Below, piece after piece: positions 1 to 11,533 of a stretch of DNA of 42,139 bases. Both the position numbers and the translations under genes were made by a program. The notes beneath the pieces are model-generated. The model had not been told where the DNA came from and did not search any database. It worked only from the letters and a program-made list of their open reading frames with translations. Within the stretch, counting starts at the first letter, position 1; every line of letters begins with the position of its first letter. The DNA comes from Octopus bimaculoides (lineage: Eukaryota), in assembly GCF_001194135.2 (NCBI RefSeq), contig NC_068985.1, positions 7,174,176 to 7,216,314 on the forward strand. Direction: 5' to 3'.

Positions 1-35
<35 letters not shown>

Positions 36-40
36 ATTGG

Positions 41-358
41 CACTCTGTCGGTTACGATGACTAGGGTTTTAGTTGATCCGATCAACAGAACAGCCTTCTC
101 GTGAAATGAAAGCCCAAGTAACTGAAAACTTCATATAGACACACGTACTCTTAACGTAGTTCTCAAGGAGATTCAGCATGGCACAGAGTTTGGCAAGGCT
201 GGCTCTTTGAGTGTCAGATATTACACATTTTTAGTAGCAGCTCAGTGCACTAGAACGACGCGAAATAAGGTATCCTGCTCAAGGACACAACATACCACGA
301 GGAATCGAACTCATGATCATACGATCCTGAACTTAATACCACAGCCACTAAGCCACGC
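41..358 (-). mobile_element. tRNA-derived SINE (family B)
   Basis: Minus strand begins with a tRNA-like head (A box TGGCTTAGTGG, B box GAGTTCGATTCC). The body is shared with 41868-42022 and with the end of the 7998-8465 copy. Confidence 0.8.
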
Positions 359-1797
359 AAGTTATCAAAAGTACTTCTGCCGGAAACCTATTGGTGCGAA
401 AATTACTGACCGAAAGATCGATAACGTATTAGTCAACATAAATTACATTCAAGATTAATGTCGACTATTTTCTAAAGAATTTATATTTTTGAAATAATAA
501 ACATATTTCAACCAACTTTGTAAGGAAAACCTTAGAATATTCTGTATAACAATAACACCTACGCAAAAAATCGCTCCCAACCTAGTAATATATTACGGAG
601 CTGAACGGCTCATGTCACGCGATACATATTTCAGATTTAGAGACACTCATAAGACTTGTCACGATCAAATCAATCAATGCGATTAAAATATTTATAAGCA
701 ATATAAGCTGAATTCCTTCGAAAACCCAAGAATGCGCTCATTTTGCATTATGGGAATAAAATGCATATTTTATAATTCGTACAACCAACTGCATAGTTCT
801 ACAAGTTGTCATTGTTCGTACCTTGTTATATATTAGTTTCTAGTTTTGAATGTAAATTCAAATTTTCAGCAAATTTCGCCCTCCTCTCCATGTATTATAC
901 ATTACCATTTTTTTCTCTTTCGAAGAAGAAAAATCCAATTTGTTTTACGACAAACGGATTTGAATTATGAAGCATTAACTTATACGATTCCACTGTAGCA
1001 CGAGTGCTACTGTAGCGGTCAAACGTTCTGACATCATTGTTGAAGATATTTTAAACAAGCTCTATTTTAAATTTCCACACATAAAACATGGTCAACGTTG
1101 ACAAAGTGTTAATATATAACTTTAACATGAAACACTAAACGATATTGTAATCGCCCTCACTCTCTTTTAAACGTTTTTGATTTTAAATTAACATCTGATT
1201 CAACTTAAACATGTTAACTTAACCATGACACCCAGTGGAACACCTAATACAACACTCCCTTTCATATATACATAAGTGTTCCAGCCATCCTCAATTATAA
1301 TATTCAATTTTATATAATATGTTTAGTTACGAATCCGTGATCTCACTTCCAATAAACCAGTCTATAAAGATATTTTCAGTGGTTACAATGATGTTTTCAC
1401 CCTATTCTGTTGTTCTAGAGAAAAGAAGTAAATAGTGAAAACGACAACCCACCACAATACACAGATGAAACTAGCCATATGTATTGATATTCCTCCTAAC
1501 TTACAAGTAACTTCCAGTGTTATCAAACCTCGTTGTTAGTCAACAATTTTCCATCACAAGTCGAATAATCTTACATATTTCAGTATATCTATAGTAGAAA
1601 TTCTGTTATACACAACTTTGTGAAATCTTCAGAAAAATTCAAACAATGCAATTTGTTCACACCCACAACTAGCAGCATAACATTCGACAACATTACTCGA
1701 AATCGGTCCAAATGCAAATTTTCGGGAACTGAGATACTCTAAAAACTGTACTCGCTGCGTTGGTCAATTTTTTCGTATGTATGATACGATGAACGTG

Positions 1798-2356
1798 CGA
1801 AAACTGATCAAAAAATGTCAAGACTGTTTCTATGCTAACGGAGCTAAAGTAGGCGGAGTCAAGCCGTTTTGGCACAAATTGACCGTGAACTCTGTCACGC
1901 ATGCAAACTAAGTTGCACCGTTCTCATTCACACGTTGTTTACAGCTGTGCTTGAAAGTAAAGTGTGTAGAATTTGGTCGTCTCACCAGAATTGCATTCGC
2001 CCGGTGAGTGGCACCTCGACCATAACAACGCACCTTCACATTCAGCCCAGCTTGTGCAGCAGTTTTTGGCTAAACACATTTCCTTGGTCCGACCGCTACC
2101 ATTTTTCATAGGCCTCGCTCCTTGCGACTTTTACTCTTTCCAAAAATCAAACCCCGCTTCAGAGGAACAGATTTGAAGACACCGAGGAAATCTAACAAAA
2201 TGCGCCATAACAAAAAGAAGCTCCAGCAATGCTTCTATTAATGAAAACGATGCTGGATAAAATGTGAGACTTCAGAAGAAGATTGAATGACCAATTGATA
2301 CGTGTTGTAGCTTTCGTTTTATAGCACCAGTCCCGATACTTCTTGATCAGTTCTCG
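1798..2356 (+). mobile_element. Internally deleted mariner (Tc1/mariner) element with degenerate TIRs
   Basis: C-terminal transposase motifs WHLDHNNAPSH (cf. WxLHHDNAPxH) and GLAPCDFY (cf. DLAPxDF). Imperfect inverted repeats at 1798-1833 and 2321-2356. Confidence 0.85.
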
Positions 2357-2894
2357 GATGAAGTACATATCGACATTATAGTCAAGAATATTGATTTCAT
2401 TCTTATAAATAGAAAATTGTTTATTTCTTCAAATCAAAATCCAAAAGCATGAACTTTGCCAATCTTGTGCAGACGTGAGTTAGCAAAAATGTCAAACGTC
2501 TTTTTATGCACATTTTCCGTTTCCGCACGCACTAAACCATCCTTATACACTAAATGTAATATTCATCCCGATTTTCTTTGCAACGTTCACAATAATACAA
2601 GTCTTTTTTGTTTTGTTTTTTCTATACACTTTTAAGTATAAATTCTATCCAATATTTCAGCAGCTGTTATAGCCATTATTAATGACACAGTGGCCATTAT
2701 ATTGCCAATACATTTTAAATGAAACCAAAGAAATTTTCCTTGCCAATATAGCCGTTCTTCAAATATCATTAACCTTTAATTAGTCTAGTTCGTTAAACAA
2801 CAACAGATACACATTCCATTATTCCAGTCATCAACACCTCTCACCGAACACAATACATAATGGACATCTATTATTGAGCTTCCTAACTAGCTGT

Positions 2895-2987
2895 ATGTGT
2901 ATGTATTTGTATGTATATATATATATATATGCATCTGTTTATTGTGCATAAATGCACATACACACATATATATACATACATATATAC

Positions 2988-3020
<33 letters not shown>

Positions 3021-3029
3021 CATATATAT

Positions 3030-3106
<77 letters not shown>

Positions 3107-3107
3107 A
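2895..3107. repeat. Compound (TA)n/(TACA)n/(CA)n microsatellite
   Basis: Directly visible; it explains the low-complexity ORFs here. Confidence 0.95.
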
Positions 3108-3331
3108 ACTTACTCGATACTCAAATTTAATTTATTTTCAAATATATGCTGTCTAATAATCTCTAATTTATGTTTTAAGATGCTTCCAGGAAAGAAGTTG
3201 GTAAATTATCCACTTTGCCATGTATAGCATTTAATATTTACACATTCAAAGACTGCGAGAAATACCATTGTATTGACCGGTTCAACTTGGGATTCCATAT
3301 ACCATTTCTTCAACAACGATTTTATCCTTTC

Positions 3332-3581
3332 TATTAAAGCTGAAAGGCTTCTTGAATGATTCTTATAACGGTACCTAAAGTTCAAAGGATGGTTGTTATG
3401 TCTGGATTTGAATTTTCCTTCCACGGCTCCGATATAACGTTTGATCTTTGTACGATCCTTATCATAGTTCGCTGAAATCTGTGCTTCATAAATAACGGAA
3501 GGTATATAGCACAACAGCCATAGAGTTCATTTACATTTGTTTCTACAATTGCATTCAGGATGGGCTTCAGTCATCTGTTGC
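3332..3581 (-). mobile_element. Penelope-like element, N-terminal half of GIY-YIG endonuclease (inverted segment)
   Basis: Minus strand reads ECNCRNK..(stop)..SVIYEAQIS..KRYIGAVEGKFKSRHNNH..YKNHSRSLSALI, the typical PLE linker CxC plus VIY-YIG pattern. Confidence 0.85.
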
Positions 3582-3790
3582 TTAATTTGGAAACTTAAAG
3601 ATGAAGGTATCAGTTTCGATATCAAATGGAAATTCATCTCCAAAGTCAGATCCTATATTAACGGATCAACAAAATGTTCAATATGTTCTCCGGAAAAAGA
3701 AACTGCATCTTTTTCAAAAATTGAGAACATCCAACGAATAAATAAATTGTAGGAACGCATTTCAAAACGATACACCTTCTTGGAATTAAG
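3582..3790 (+). mobile_element. Penelope-like element, C-terminal half of GIY-YIG endonuclease
   Basis: Plus strand reads LIWKLKDEGISFDIKWKFISKVRSYINGSTKCSICSPEK, matching the PLE pattern IWxLK..I.W.I..CxxC..EK. Confidence 0.85.
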
Positions 3791-4120
3791 AAGTAGACCC
3801 CCAGACATTTAGTAAACCATTAAAATCCTGTTTAGGTCAGTTTGATATCGAATTATTGTAACATTGGCTATATTTGGTGCTTTTCTCTTGTCTTCTTCCC
3901 TGCCAGCATCACTTATTTAAACGGCATATTCTCATAAGACAGCGTGATAAATGGCGAAATAAATTATTATTTCGAACAAGAATCCCTGGGTAGGTGTATT
4001 TTACAAGATTTATGGTTTGATTATAACATTATCTTTAGTCTCTGGGCTGACCTAGAGTTTTCTACGCGTTAAAAACTTTATCACATGATATATACATTTT
4101 GCTACACTGTATAAATATAT

Positions 4121-5107
4121 NNNNNNNNNNNNNNNNNNNNNNNNNNNNNNNNNNNNNNNNNNNNNNNNNNNNNNNNNNNNNNNNNNNNNNNNNNNNNNNN
4201 NNNNNNNNNNNNNNNNNNNNNNNNNNNNNNNNNNNNNNNNNNNNNNNNNNNNNNNNNNNNNNNNNNNNNNNNNNNNNNNNNNNNNNNNNNNNNNNNNNNN
4301 NNNNNNNNNNNNNNNNNNNNNNNNNNNNNNNNNNNNNNNNNNNNNNNNNNNNNNNNNNNNNNNNNNNNNNNNNNNNNNNNNNNNNNNNNNNNNNNNNNNN
4401 NNNNNNNNNNNNNNNNNNNNNNNNNNNNNNNNNNNNNNNNNNNNNNNNNNNNNNNNNNNNNNNNNNNNNNNNNNNNNNNNNNNNNNNNNNNNNNNNNNNN
4501 NNNNNNNNNNNNNNNNNNNNNNNNNNNNNNNNNNNNNNNNNNNNNNNNNNNNNNNNNNNNNNNNNNNNNNNNNNNNNNNNNNNNNNNNNNNNNNNNNNNN
4601 NNNNNNNNNNNNNNNNNNNNNNNNNNNNNNNNNNNNNNNNNNNNNNNNNNNNNNNNNNNNNNNNNNNNNNNNNNNNNNNNNNNNNNNNNNNNNNNNNNNN
4701 NNNNNNNNNNNNNNNNNNNNNNNNNNNNNNNNNNNNNNNNNNNNNNNNNNNNNNNNNNNNNNNNNNNNNNNNNNNNNNNNNNNNNNNNNNNNNNNNNNNN
4801 NNNNNNNNNNNNNNNNNNNNNNNNNNNNNNNNNNNNNNNNNNNNNNNNNNNNNNNNNNNNNNNNNNNNNNNNNNNNNNNNNNNNNNNNNNNNNNNNNNNN
4901 NNNNNNNNNNNNNNNNNNNNNNNNNNNNNNNNNNNNNNNNNNNNNNNNNNNNNNNNNNNNNNNNNNNNNNNNNNNNNNNNNNNNNNNNNNNNNNNNNNNN
5001 NNNNNNNNNNNNNNNNNNNNNNNNNNNNNNNNNNNNNNNNNNNNNNNNNNNNNNNNNNNNNNNNNNNNNNNNNNNNNNNNNNNNNNNNNNNNNNNNNNNN
5101 NNNNNNN
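4121..5107. other. Assembly gap (N run)
   Basis: N run. Other gaps are at 6490-7027, 10908-11533, 33196-33461 and 36348-36731, mostly flanked by (TA)n. Confidence 1.
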
Positions 5108-6203
5108 TATATAACTTTGAAACTTGAGCCAGCTAGTGCTATAAATAATTGTGCAAATTTGGAGTAAAAAATACTTTGGATAGACAAAGTCGAAGGCTGC
5201 CCGTTACATCTGTAAATATGATAGACTTTCTACCATTAGACCAAAGTCAATCTTTCGAAATTCTCCACCCATTTGAGAAACTTTGTTCTTTACAGCGAAA
5301 ACCGTATATCGTTGACCTCATAAGAATTTAGGAAGTTCGAACGGGAAGCTTTCGACTTTTTCTGTCCTAATGATCTTAACCCAAATGGTCTTAATTCAAA
5401 CAATTTAACCCAATATTTACACGCTATCACTCATAGCTTTATCTGCTTCGAGTTTTACAGATAATTTCGTAATTTCAACGCTGGAACAACCCACACAAAT
5501 CATTTTCCCTGACACCCTACTTATTATACTAATGCAACCACAATTTGGATATGGTCATATTAACAGCAATTTCAGCTAATATGTTTTTAACCAGTATTAC
5601 AGAAACCTATGTTTAAATTTCAGGATTATACTGATAATAAATATTTGTGCGAAACGATGCTCGTAAAATCTGACAGTAGAAAATGTGAAACAATAAATTT
5701 TAAACGTTTATCGCTTTTGATAGTATTAAGATATAAAACTTAGGGATAAAATTTAGTGATAAAACAAAGTAAGGAGAGAGACAAAGTAAGACAGATCGAG
5801 ATAAACATAGAAAGAGATTGAGTTCGAAGGCACAGCAAAGAAACATAAAGGTACGATACAGAATGTAAAAAGAAACAGATCAAGATCTATATATCAAAGG
5901 ATAGCACAGCAGTTGGGAAGCAAGAATTTTAGCGTTTATTAGAGAGGAGCGCCAAAAGATAAGCACGAAAGATATTTAAACAAATAGTAAATAGTACATT
6001 TTTTGGGGGGTGGGGGCGGTTGCTTTGGTAATTCAAGTGAATTTGAGGAGAGGTTGAGTTAAAATGAAAGAGGGAATACTTTATGATGATAGAAAATGTT
6101 GAAATGAAAATTATATGGACATATATGTGTATGGGTGAATTTACACGAATATTTAACGATACAAGACTGTTTATATGTAAGTACATATAAACGAATTTAT
6201 AAT

Positions 6204-6420
6204 CTTTTCTACTCTAGGCACAAAGCCTGAATATTGCGGGCAGAGGGGCCAGTCGATTAGATCGACCCCAGTACACAACTGGTACTTAATTTATCGACCC
6301 CGAAAGGATGAAAGGCAAAGTCAACCTCGGCAGAATTTGAACTCTGAACGCAAAGACAGACGAAATGTTGATTAGCATTTCGCCCGGCGTGCTAGCTTTT
6401 CTGCCAGCTCGCAGCTTTAA
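6204..6420 (-). mobile_element. tRNA-derived SINE (family A) with 16-bp target-site duplication
   Basis: Contains the family core GAGTTCAAATTCTGCCGAGGTTGACTTTGCCTTTCATCC on the minus strand. Flanked by TAAACGAATTTATAAT (6188-6203) and TAAAAGAATTTATAAT (6421-6436). Confidence 0.9.
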
Positions 6421-6452
6421 TAAAAGAATTTATAATGAAATTCATAACGATA

Positions 6453-6489
<37 letters not shown>

Positions 6490-7127
6490 NNNNNNNNNNN
6501 NNNNNNNNNNNNNNNNNNNNNNNNNNNNNNNNNNNNNNNNNNNNNNNNNNNNNNNNNNNNNNNNNNNNNNNNNNNNNNNNNNNNNNNNNNNNNNNNNNNN
6601 NNNNNNNNNNNNNNNNNNNNNNNNNNNNNNNNNNNNNNNNNNNNNNNNNNNNNNNNNNNNNNNNNNNNNNNNNNNNNNNNNNNNNNNNNNNNNNNNNNNN
6701 NNNNNNNNNNNNNNNNNNNNNNNNNNNNNNNNNNNNNNNNNNNNNNNNNNNNNNNNNNNNNNNNNNNNNNNNNNNNNNNNNNNNNNNNNNNNNNNNNNNN
6801 NNNNNNNNNNNNNNNNNNNNNNNNNNNNNNNNNNNNNNNNNNNNNNNNNNNNNNNNNNNNNNNNNNNNNNNNNNNNNNNNNNNNNNNNNNNNNNNNNNNN
6901 NNNNNNNNNNNNNNNNNNNNNNNNNNNNNNNNNNNNNNNNNNNNNNNNNNNNNNNNNNNNNNNNNNNNNNNNNNNNNNNNNNNNNNNNNNNNNNNNNNNN
7001 NNNNNNNNNNNNNNNNNNNNNNNNNNNTACAACAGTACCAGCTATAAGCATCCATTCGCAGAATGCAGTGAGGCAATAATAAAGATATGTTATGACGAAA
7101 GTGCAGATAATGTTTGACTTCTCCTGT

Positions 7128-7128
7128 A

Positions 7129-7206
<78 letters not shown>

Positions 7207-7262
7207 CGTGTGTGTGCGTGTGTATATGTATGTGTGTGCGTGTGTGTGTGTATGTTTGTATA
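7128..7262. repeat. (TG)n/(TA)n microsatellite
   Basis: Directly visible. Confidence 0.95.
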
Positions 7263-7813
7263 TGTGTTTTTTTTAATTCATATATTGTGCATTCTTTTCC
7301 CTGTATCAAACTAATTCCTTAATAGGTTTCTTCATGTGAATATTTTGCTCTTTAATCTGTTATCGCCTCCTATCAGTGAATCGGTGTGCTTTGCTTTTAG
7401 GAACATTTTAAGCAATCTCATACGTAGAGAAATTACGAATGGCTTTTCTTAATGATTTAAAATCACACTAATTTTTGCGAAACTCTAATCTCTGCTTTAT
7501 CATTCGGTCTTACATTCAACTCAAAACATTTCCGCCATGTTGTTTCTTACATTTTACTTATTCTGACGTTGTGCTGACAGCTTTCGTTATCGTGGCTAAT
7601 CTAATTTCCATCCTTCATTTAATGGTCGCCAGTACATTTGAGCAAAATTCCCTCAGCGTCGAACATGAATATTTGCACTATCGCACCTCTTTTATATATT
7701 TCTTTTGGTGCTATGTTACTGTGTATCACTGAATCGGAACGTATGCATAAGTTGAAGGGTAAAAAGCTGTTTAAAAATATATATTATATATGAATAATAG
7801 AGGGTTTCCTTAC

Positions 7814-7942
7814 CTTGTGACTATTCCATAAATTGTATAGAATCTTTTTTAGTCTATTAAATAGAGTGCTTTTGCTTTTCTTATAGTCATTTAAAAATTC
7901 CCGGCTGAGCGGAGAACGGAGGTGATATGTATAATATTTGAA
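7814..7942 (-). CDS. Candidate internal exon (phase 0-0), unidentified
   Basis: TTCTTAG acceptor and AAG|GTAAGG donor around a 129-nt open frame: FKYYTYHLRSPLSREFLNDYKKSKSTLFNRLKKILYNLWNSHK. The polypyrimidine tract is weak and I recognise no homology. Confidence 0.2.
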
Positions 7943-7997
7943 CTAAGAACTACGCCCCTTACCTATGCTACTATATATGTACCGTAGATCCGCAATG

Positions 7998-8465
7998 AGC
8001 TAGTGATTAGGGCAGTGGACTCGCGGTCGTAGGATCGCGGTTTCGATTCCCAGAACGGGAGTTGTGAGTGTTTATTAAGCGAAAACACCTAAATCTCCAC
8101 GAGGCTCCAGCAGGGGTGGTGGTGAACCCTGCTGTACTCTTTCACTACAACTTTCTTATTTCTTTACTGCCCACAAGGGGCTACACATACAGGGACAAAC
8201 AAGGACAGACATAGGTATTAAGTCGTTTACATCGACCCCAGTGCGTAACTGGTACTTATTTCATCGACCCCGAGAGGATGAAAGGCAAAGTCGACCTCGG
8301 CGGAATTTGAACTCAGAACGTAGCGGCAGACGAAATACCGCTAAGCCTTTCGCCCGGCGTGCTAACGTTTCTGCCAGCTCACCGCCTTAACATAACTTTC
8401 ACCACAACTTTCTCTCAATCTTTCTTCCTGTTTCTGTTGTACTTGTATTTCAAAGAGCTAGCCTT
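7998..8465 (+). mobile_element. tRNA-derived SINE (family B), interrupted by a family A SINE and truncated at its 3' end
   Basis: A/B-box-like head (GCTAGTGATTAGG ... GGTTTCGATTCCC). The body resumes after the insertion at 8396. Confidence 0.8.
8157..8395 (-). mobile_element. Family A SINE nested inside a family B SINE, 18-bp TSD
   Basis: Homologous to 6204-6420. Flanked by CTTTCACTACAACTTTCT (8139-8156) and CTTTCACCACAACTTTCT (8396-8413). Confidence 0.9.
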
Positions 8466-8778
8466 GATAGGTTAGCTGGGGAGGTTACGCAGTTTTGGTC
8501 GCTGAAAAAGGTGGTACTAGTACCAATAATTGTCGGAGACTTGGGAACACTGAGTAAAAATCTTGAAAAGTACATGGAACAAATAGGGGCTGCAATAAGG
8601 GTGGAGAACTTGTAGAAAGCAGCTCTGCTTGGGGCCGCTCAAATTATCCGGAAGGTCCTCGAAAAATAACAGGTGTTACCTTACTTCACTGGTATTGAAC
8701 AGCTGACACCGTAGTACATCTCCAGCGTTAGAAACTGTGCAAAGGCAATAATAATAATAATGATAATAATAATAATAA
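8466..8778 (+). mobile_element. 3' end of a non-LTR retrotransposon with restriction-like endonuclease (R4/Dong/HERO-like), (AAT)n tail
   Basis: 8466-8669 reads DRLAGEVTQFWSLKKVVLVPIIVGDLGTLSKNLEKYMEQIG..L*KAALLGAAQIIRKVLEK*, followed by a short 3' UTR and (AAT)n. Confidence 0.85.
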
Positions 8779-8913
8779 TCTTCACTACTAAAGGCACAAG
8801 GCCTGAAATTTGGGGGCAGGGGATAAATCGATTACATCAACACCAATGCTTATCTGGTACTTTGTTTCTCGACACCGAAAGGTTACAAGGCACAATCTCC
8901 CTAAGAACAATTT

Positions 8914-9492
8914 GGATCTTTTTTAAAACGGGGGCCACATTTTTCATTAACGAAACACTTTAAAACTTGGAACACTGGTAGAATGTGTCATATAAAACAT
9001 CTTTTTCCCTTAGTCTTCTTTAAAAAAAAGAAATCCATAAATTATTCCATGTTAAAGTTGTCGTATTTCTGTAATTTCAACCAATCACTGACGTCCATTC
9101 AGCCGATATACATTAAGTGCCGACTACATAAACAAACGATTCTGAAACAATTAACTCTAACCCTAACCCTAACCCTAGGGTTAGGGTTAGGGTTAGGGTT
9201 AAAGCAAATTTAAAATTAAAAAAGCAAATAAAACGAAGGTATGGAGATTAAATACGCTTTACATCGCTTAATCAGCCAAAGGAGTAAATGTAAACAACTG
9301 AATACTTGTCAGTGATTGGTTGAAATTATCGAAATAAGACAATTTTTTACATGAAATAAATTCGAATACAAAAATATTTTTCTGTTCTATAACACAAAAT
9401 AGATAAGTATACGAAGTTTGAAAGTCTTTCCGTACCAAAAACACTACGTAAAACATTAATGAAAAATGTGGCCCCCGTTTTAAAATAGATCC
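8914..9492. mobile_element. MITE with ~37-bp TIRs and 8-bp TSD (Merlin-like by termini)
   Basis: TIR GGATCT(T/A)TTTTAAAACGGGGGCCACATTTTTCATTAA at both ends. Second inverted-repeat pair at ~9058-9092 and ~9308-9342. Flanks AACAATTT and AAGAATTT match 7/8. 5'-GG termini with an 8-bp TSD fit Merlin; hAT or P is not excluded. Confidence 0.8.
9151..9202. repeat. 52-bp near-perfect palindrome of telomeric repeats (TAACCC)n-(GGGTTA)n
   Basis: TTAACTCTAACCCTAACCCTAACCCT|AGGGTTAGGGTTAGGGTTAGGGTTAA, with one mismatched pair. Confidence 0.95.
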
Positions 9493-11533
9493 AAGAATTT
9501 GAAATCAGAATAGTAAGACGTAAGAAACGCCGTCAAGCATTTTCCGGAGTGCTGACGGTTCTGTCAGCTCACCGCTTTAATAATGATTGCGATTATAAAA
9601 ATGATAACAAATTAACGTGTAACCACATTTTGTTCTGTCGAAATAACTTCAGGAAAGTCGTTCCGATTGGAACAGAAACAAGGACCTGGAATCACTTTGC
9701 TAACAGTTTTGCGATTTATATGATAATCTTAGCTTATCATATTTACGAATATGGATTAATGAGATGTTTGTGTAAATATAATGTTTGATGGCAGTGTTGT
9801 GACGAAGGCAAGACGTCTCTCGAGCCAGAAAACGCAGGTATGGTAGATGAGTAAATGAAAGTATAATAAATGATGATATAACTTGTATCATAGAGTCGAC
9901 ATGCCAGGAGCTCATCACCATTCGACGCGATTGCCCTTTGCAGTGTACATACAGCGTAGTTTAATCTTATATTACGTCTATTATTGGTTTTATCGATTTT
10001 GTTGAATTTTGTTTCACAACTTTAAATAAGGATTTTCATCATGCTGCATACAATTTGCCAGTGGCAATATAATCCTGTTTCAAAGAACTCTAGGAAAAGG
10101 GGAATAGTCTTCAGGCATGAGATAGCATTAGAAACCATTTATAGTGGAGAGAGATTTAAATAAAGGGAAAGTAGGTTCATAGAATATATTGATTATATCT
10201 ATGCTTAGATTTGAAGTCCTAAGGAGTCACAGCGACCGAAGAGATGACAAATAGGATATTTTTCATATTGGTTCGAATGTCGTGGTTTGCAGCAGTTTTG
10301 TTTATTTCCCAGGAGAAAATGCTATTTTATAGGAAATAACTCCCATTTCATAACAGAAATTGAAATACCATCGAAAAGAATTTTTTTATGGATATAGCAT
10401 TTATATAGATTACAATCATATCTTTACTAATATTCTTCATCATATCAATATATATTCGAATATGATGCATAAATATGTTTCCATTTCATTCTTAATAAAG
10501 TAAATGTGACCTACAAGTCTGCGCATGCGTAGTGGAGCATTCTTCACTAATCGTATATATGACTGCAATATTGCTATCTCAATATGCATAACATCTCATA
10601 TTTAGATGGAGAGGTATAGCTAAATGTATGGATCTCAATAATTTACTGGTACTATTTTACAGATTTTGATTTCATGAAATATCTGCGTGATAGGAAAGAA
10701 ATCAGAATGTAAAGAGATATCAAGCTTAGAAGATTGAACTCAAAAATTCAAAGAAACAAATTTTGAGGGCGCCTATAGTCAATCACATCTAACTCTGTTG
10801 GAGTGTAATATAATTATACATACATACATACATATATACATACATACATGCGTATACATATATGCATATGAATGGATGTACATATATGTATGTATGTACG
10901 TATATATNNNNNNNNNNNNNNNNNNNNNNNNNNNNNNNNNNNNNNNNNNNNNNNNNNNNNNNNNNNNNNNNNNNNNNNNNNNNNNNNNNNNNNNNNNNNN
11001 NNNNNNNNNNNNNNNNNNNNNNNNNNNNNNNNNNNNNNNNNNNNNNNNNNNNNNNNNNNNNNNNNNNNNNNNNNNNNNNNNNNNNNNNNNNNNNNNNNNN
11101 NNNNNNNNNNNNNNNNNNNNNNNNNNNNNNNNNNNNNNNNNNNNNNNNNNNNNNNNNNNNNNNNNNNNNNNNNNNNNNNNNNNNNNNNNNNNNNNNNNNN
11201 NNNNNNNNNNNNNNNNNNNNNNNNNNNNNNNNNNNNNNNNNNNNNNNNNNNNNNNNNNNNNNNNNNNNNNNNNNNNNNNNNNNNNNNNNNNNNNNNNNNN
11301 NNNNNNNNNNNNNNNNNNNNNNNNNNNNNNNNNNNNNNNNNNNNNNNNNNNNNNNNNNNNNNNNNNNNNNNNNNNNNNNNNNNNNNNNNNNNNNNNNNNN
11401 NNNNNNNNNNNNNNNNNNNNNNNNNNNNNNNNNNNNNNNNNNNNNNNNNNNNNNNNNNNNNNNNNNNNNNNNNNNNNNNNNNNNNNNNNNNNNNNNNNNN
11501 NNNNNNNNNNNNNNNNNNNNNNNNNNNNNNNNN

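Larger units (their letters stand above)
8779..9575 (-). mobile_element. Degenerate family A SINE split by a MITE (8779-8913 plus 9493-9575)
   Basis: Both halves align co-linearly to the 6204 and 33863 copies on either side of the MITE. Confidence 0.75.

Noticed and set aside
3920-3965. Possible decayed hammerhead downstream of the inverted PLE (CTCATAAGAC...GGCGAAAT)
   Set aside because: The position is plausible, but there are too many core substitutions to support a call.
4099-7309. Long ORFs of 195-361 aa in the supplied track (also at 10798-11740, 33139-33549 and 36220-36809)
   Set aside because: They span N gaps and dinucleotide repeats and are artefacts.
9151-9202. Relic of a telomere-telomere chromosome fusion
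   Set aside because: The orientation is opposite to a fusion junction, the array is very short, and it is centred in a TIR-bounded element.
9795-9840. Hammerhead-like string GTGACGAAGGC...GCCAGAAAACG
   Set aside because: C3 is missing, the GAAA spacing is wrong, and there is no stem I or valid NUH site. It is a chance match or too decayed to call.
10518-10535. NRF1-like palindrome TGCGCATGCGT
   Set aside because: It is a single short motif in AT-rich DNA with no supporting promoter context.
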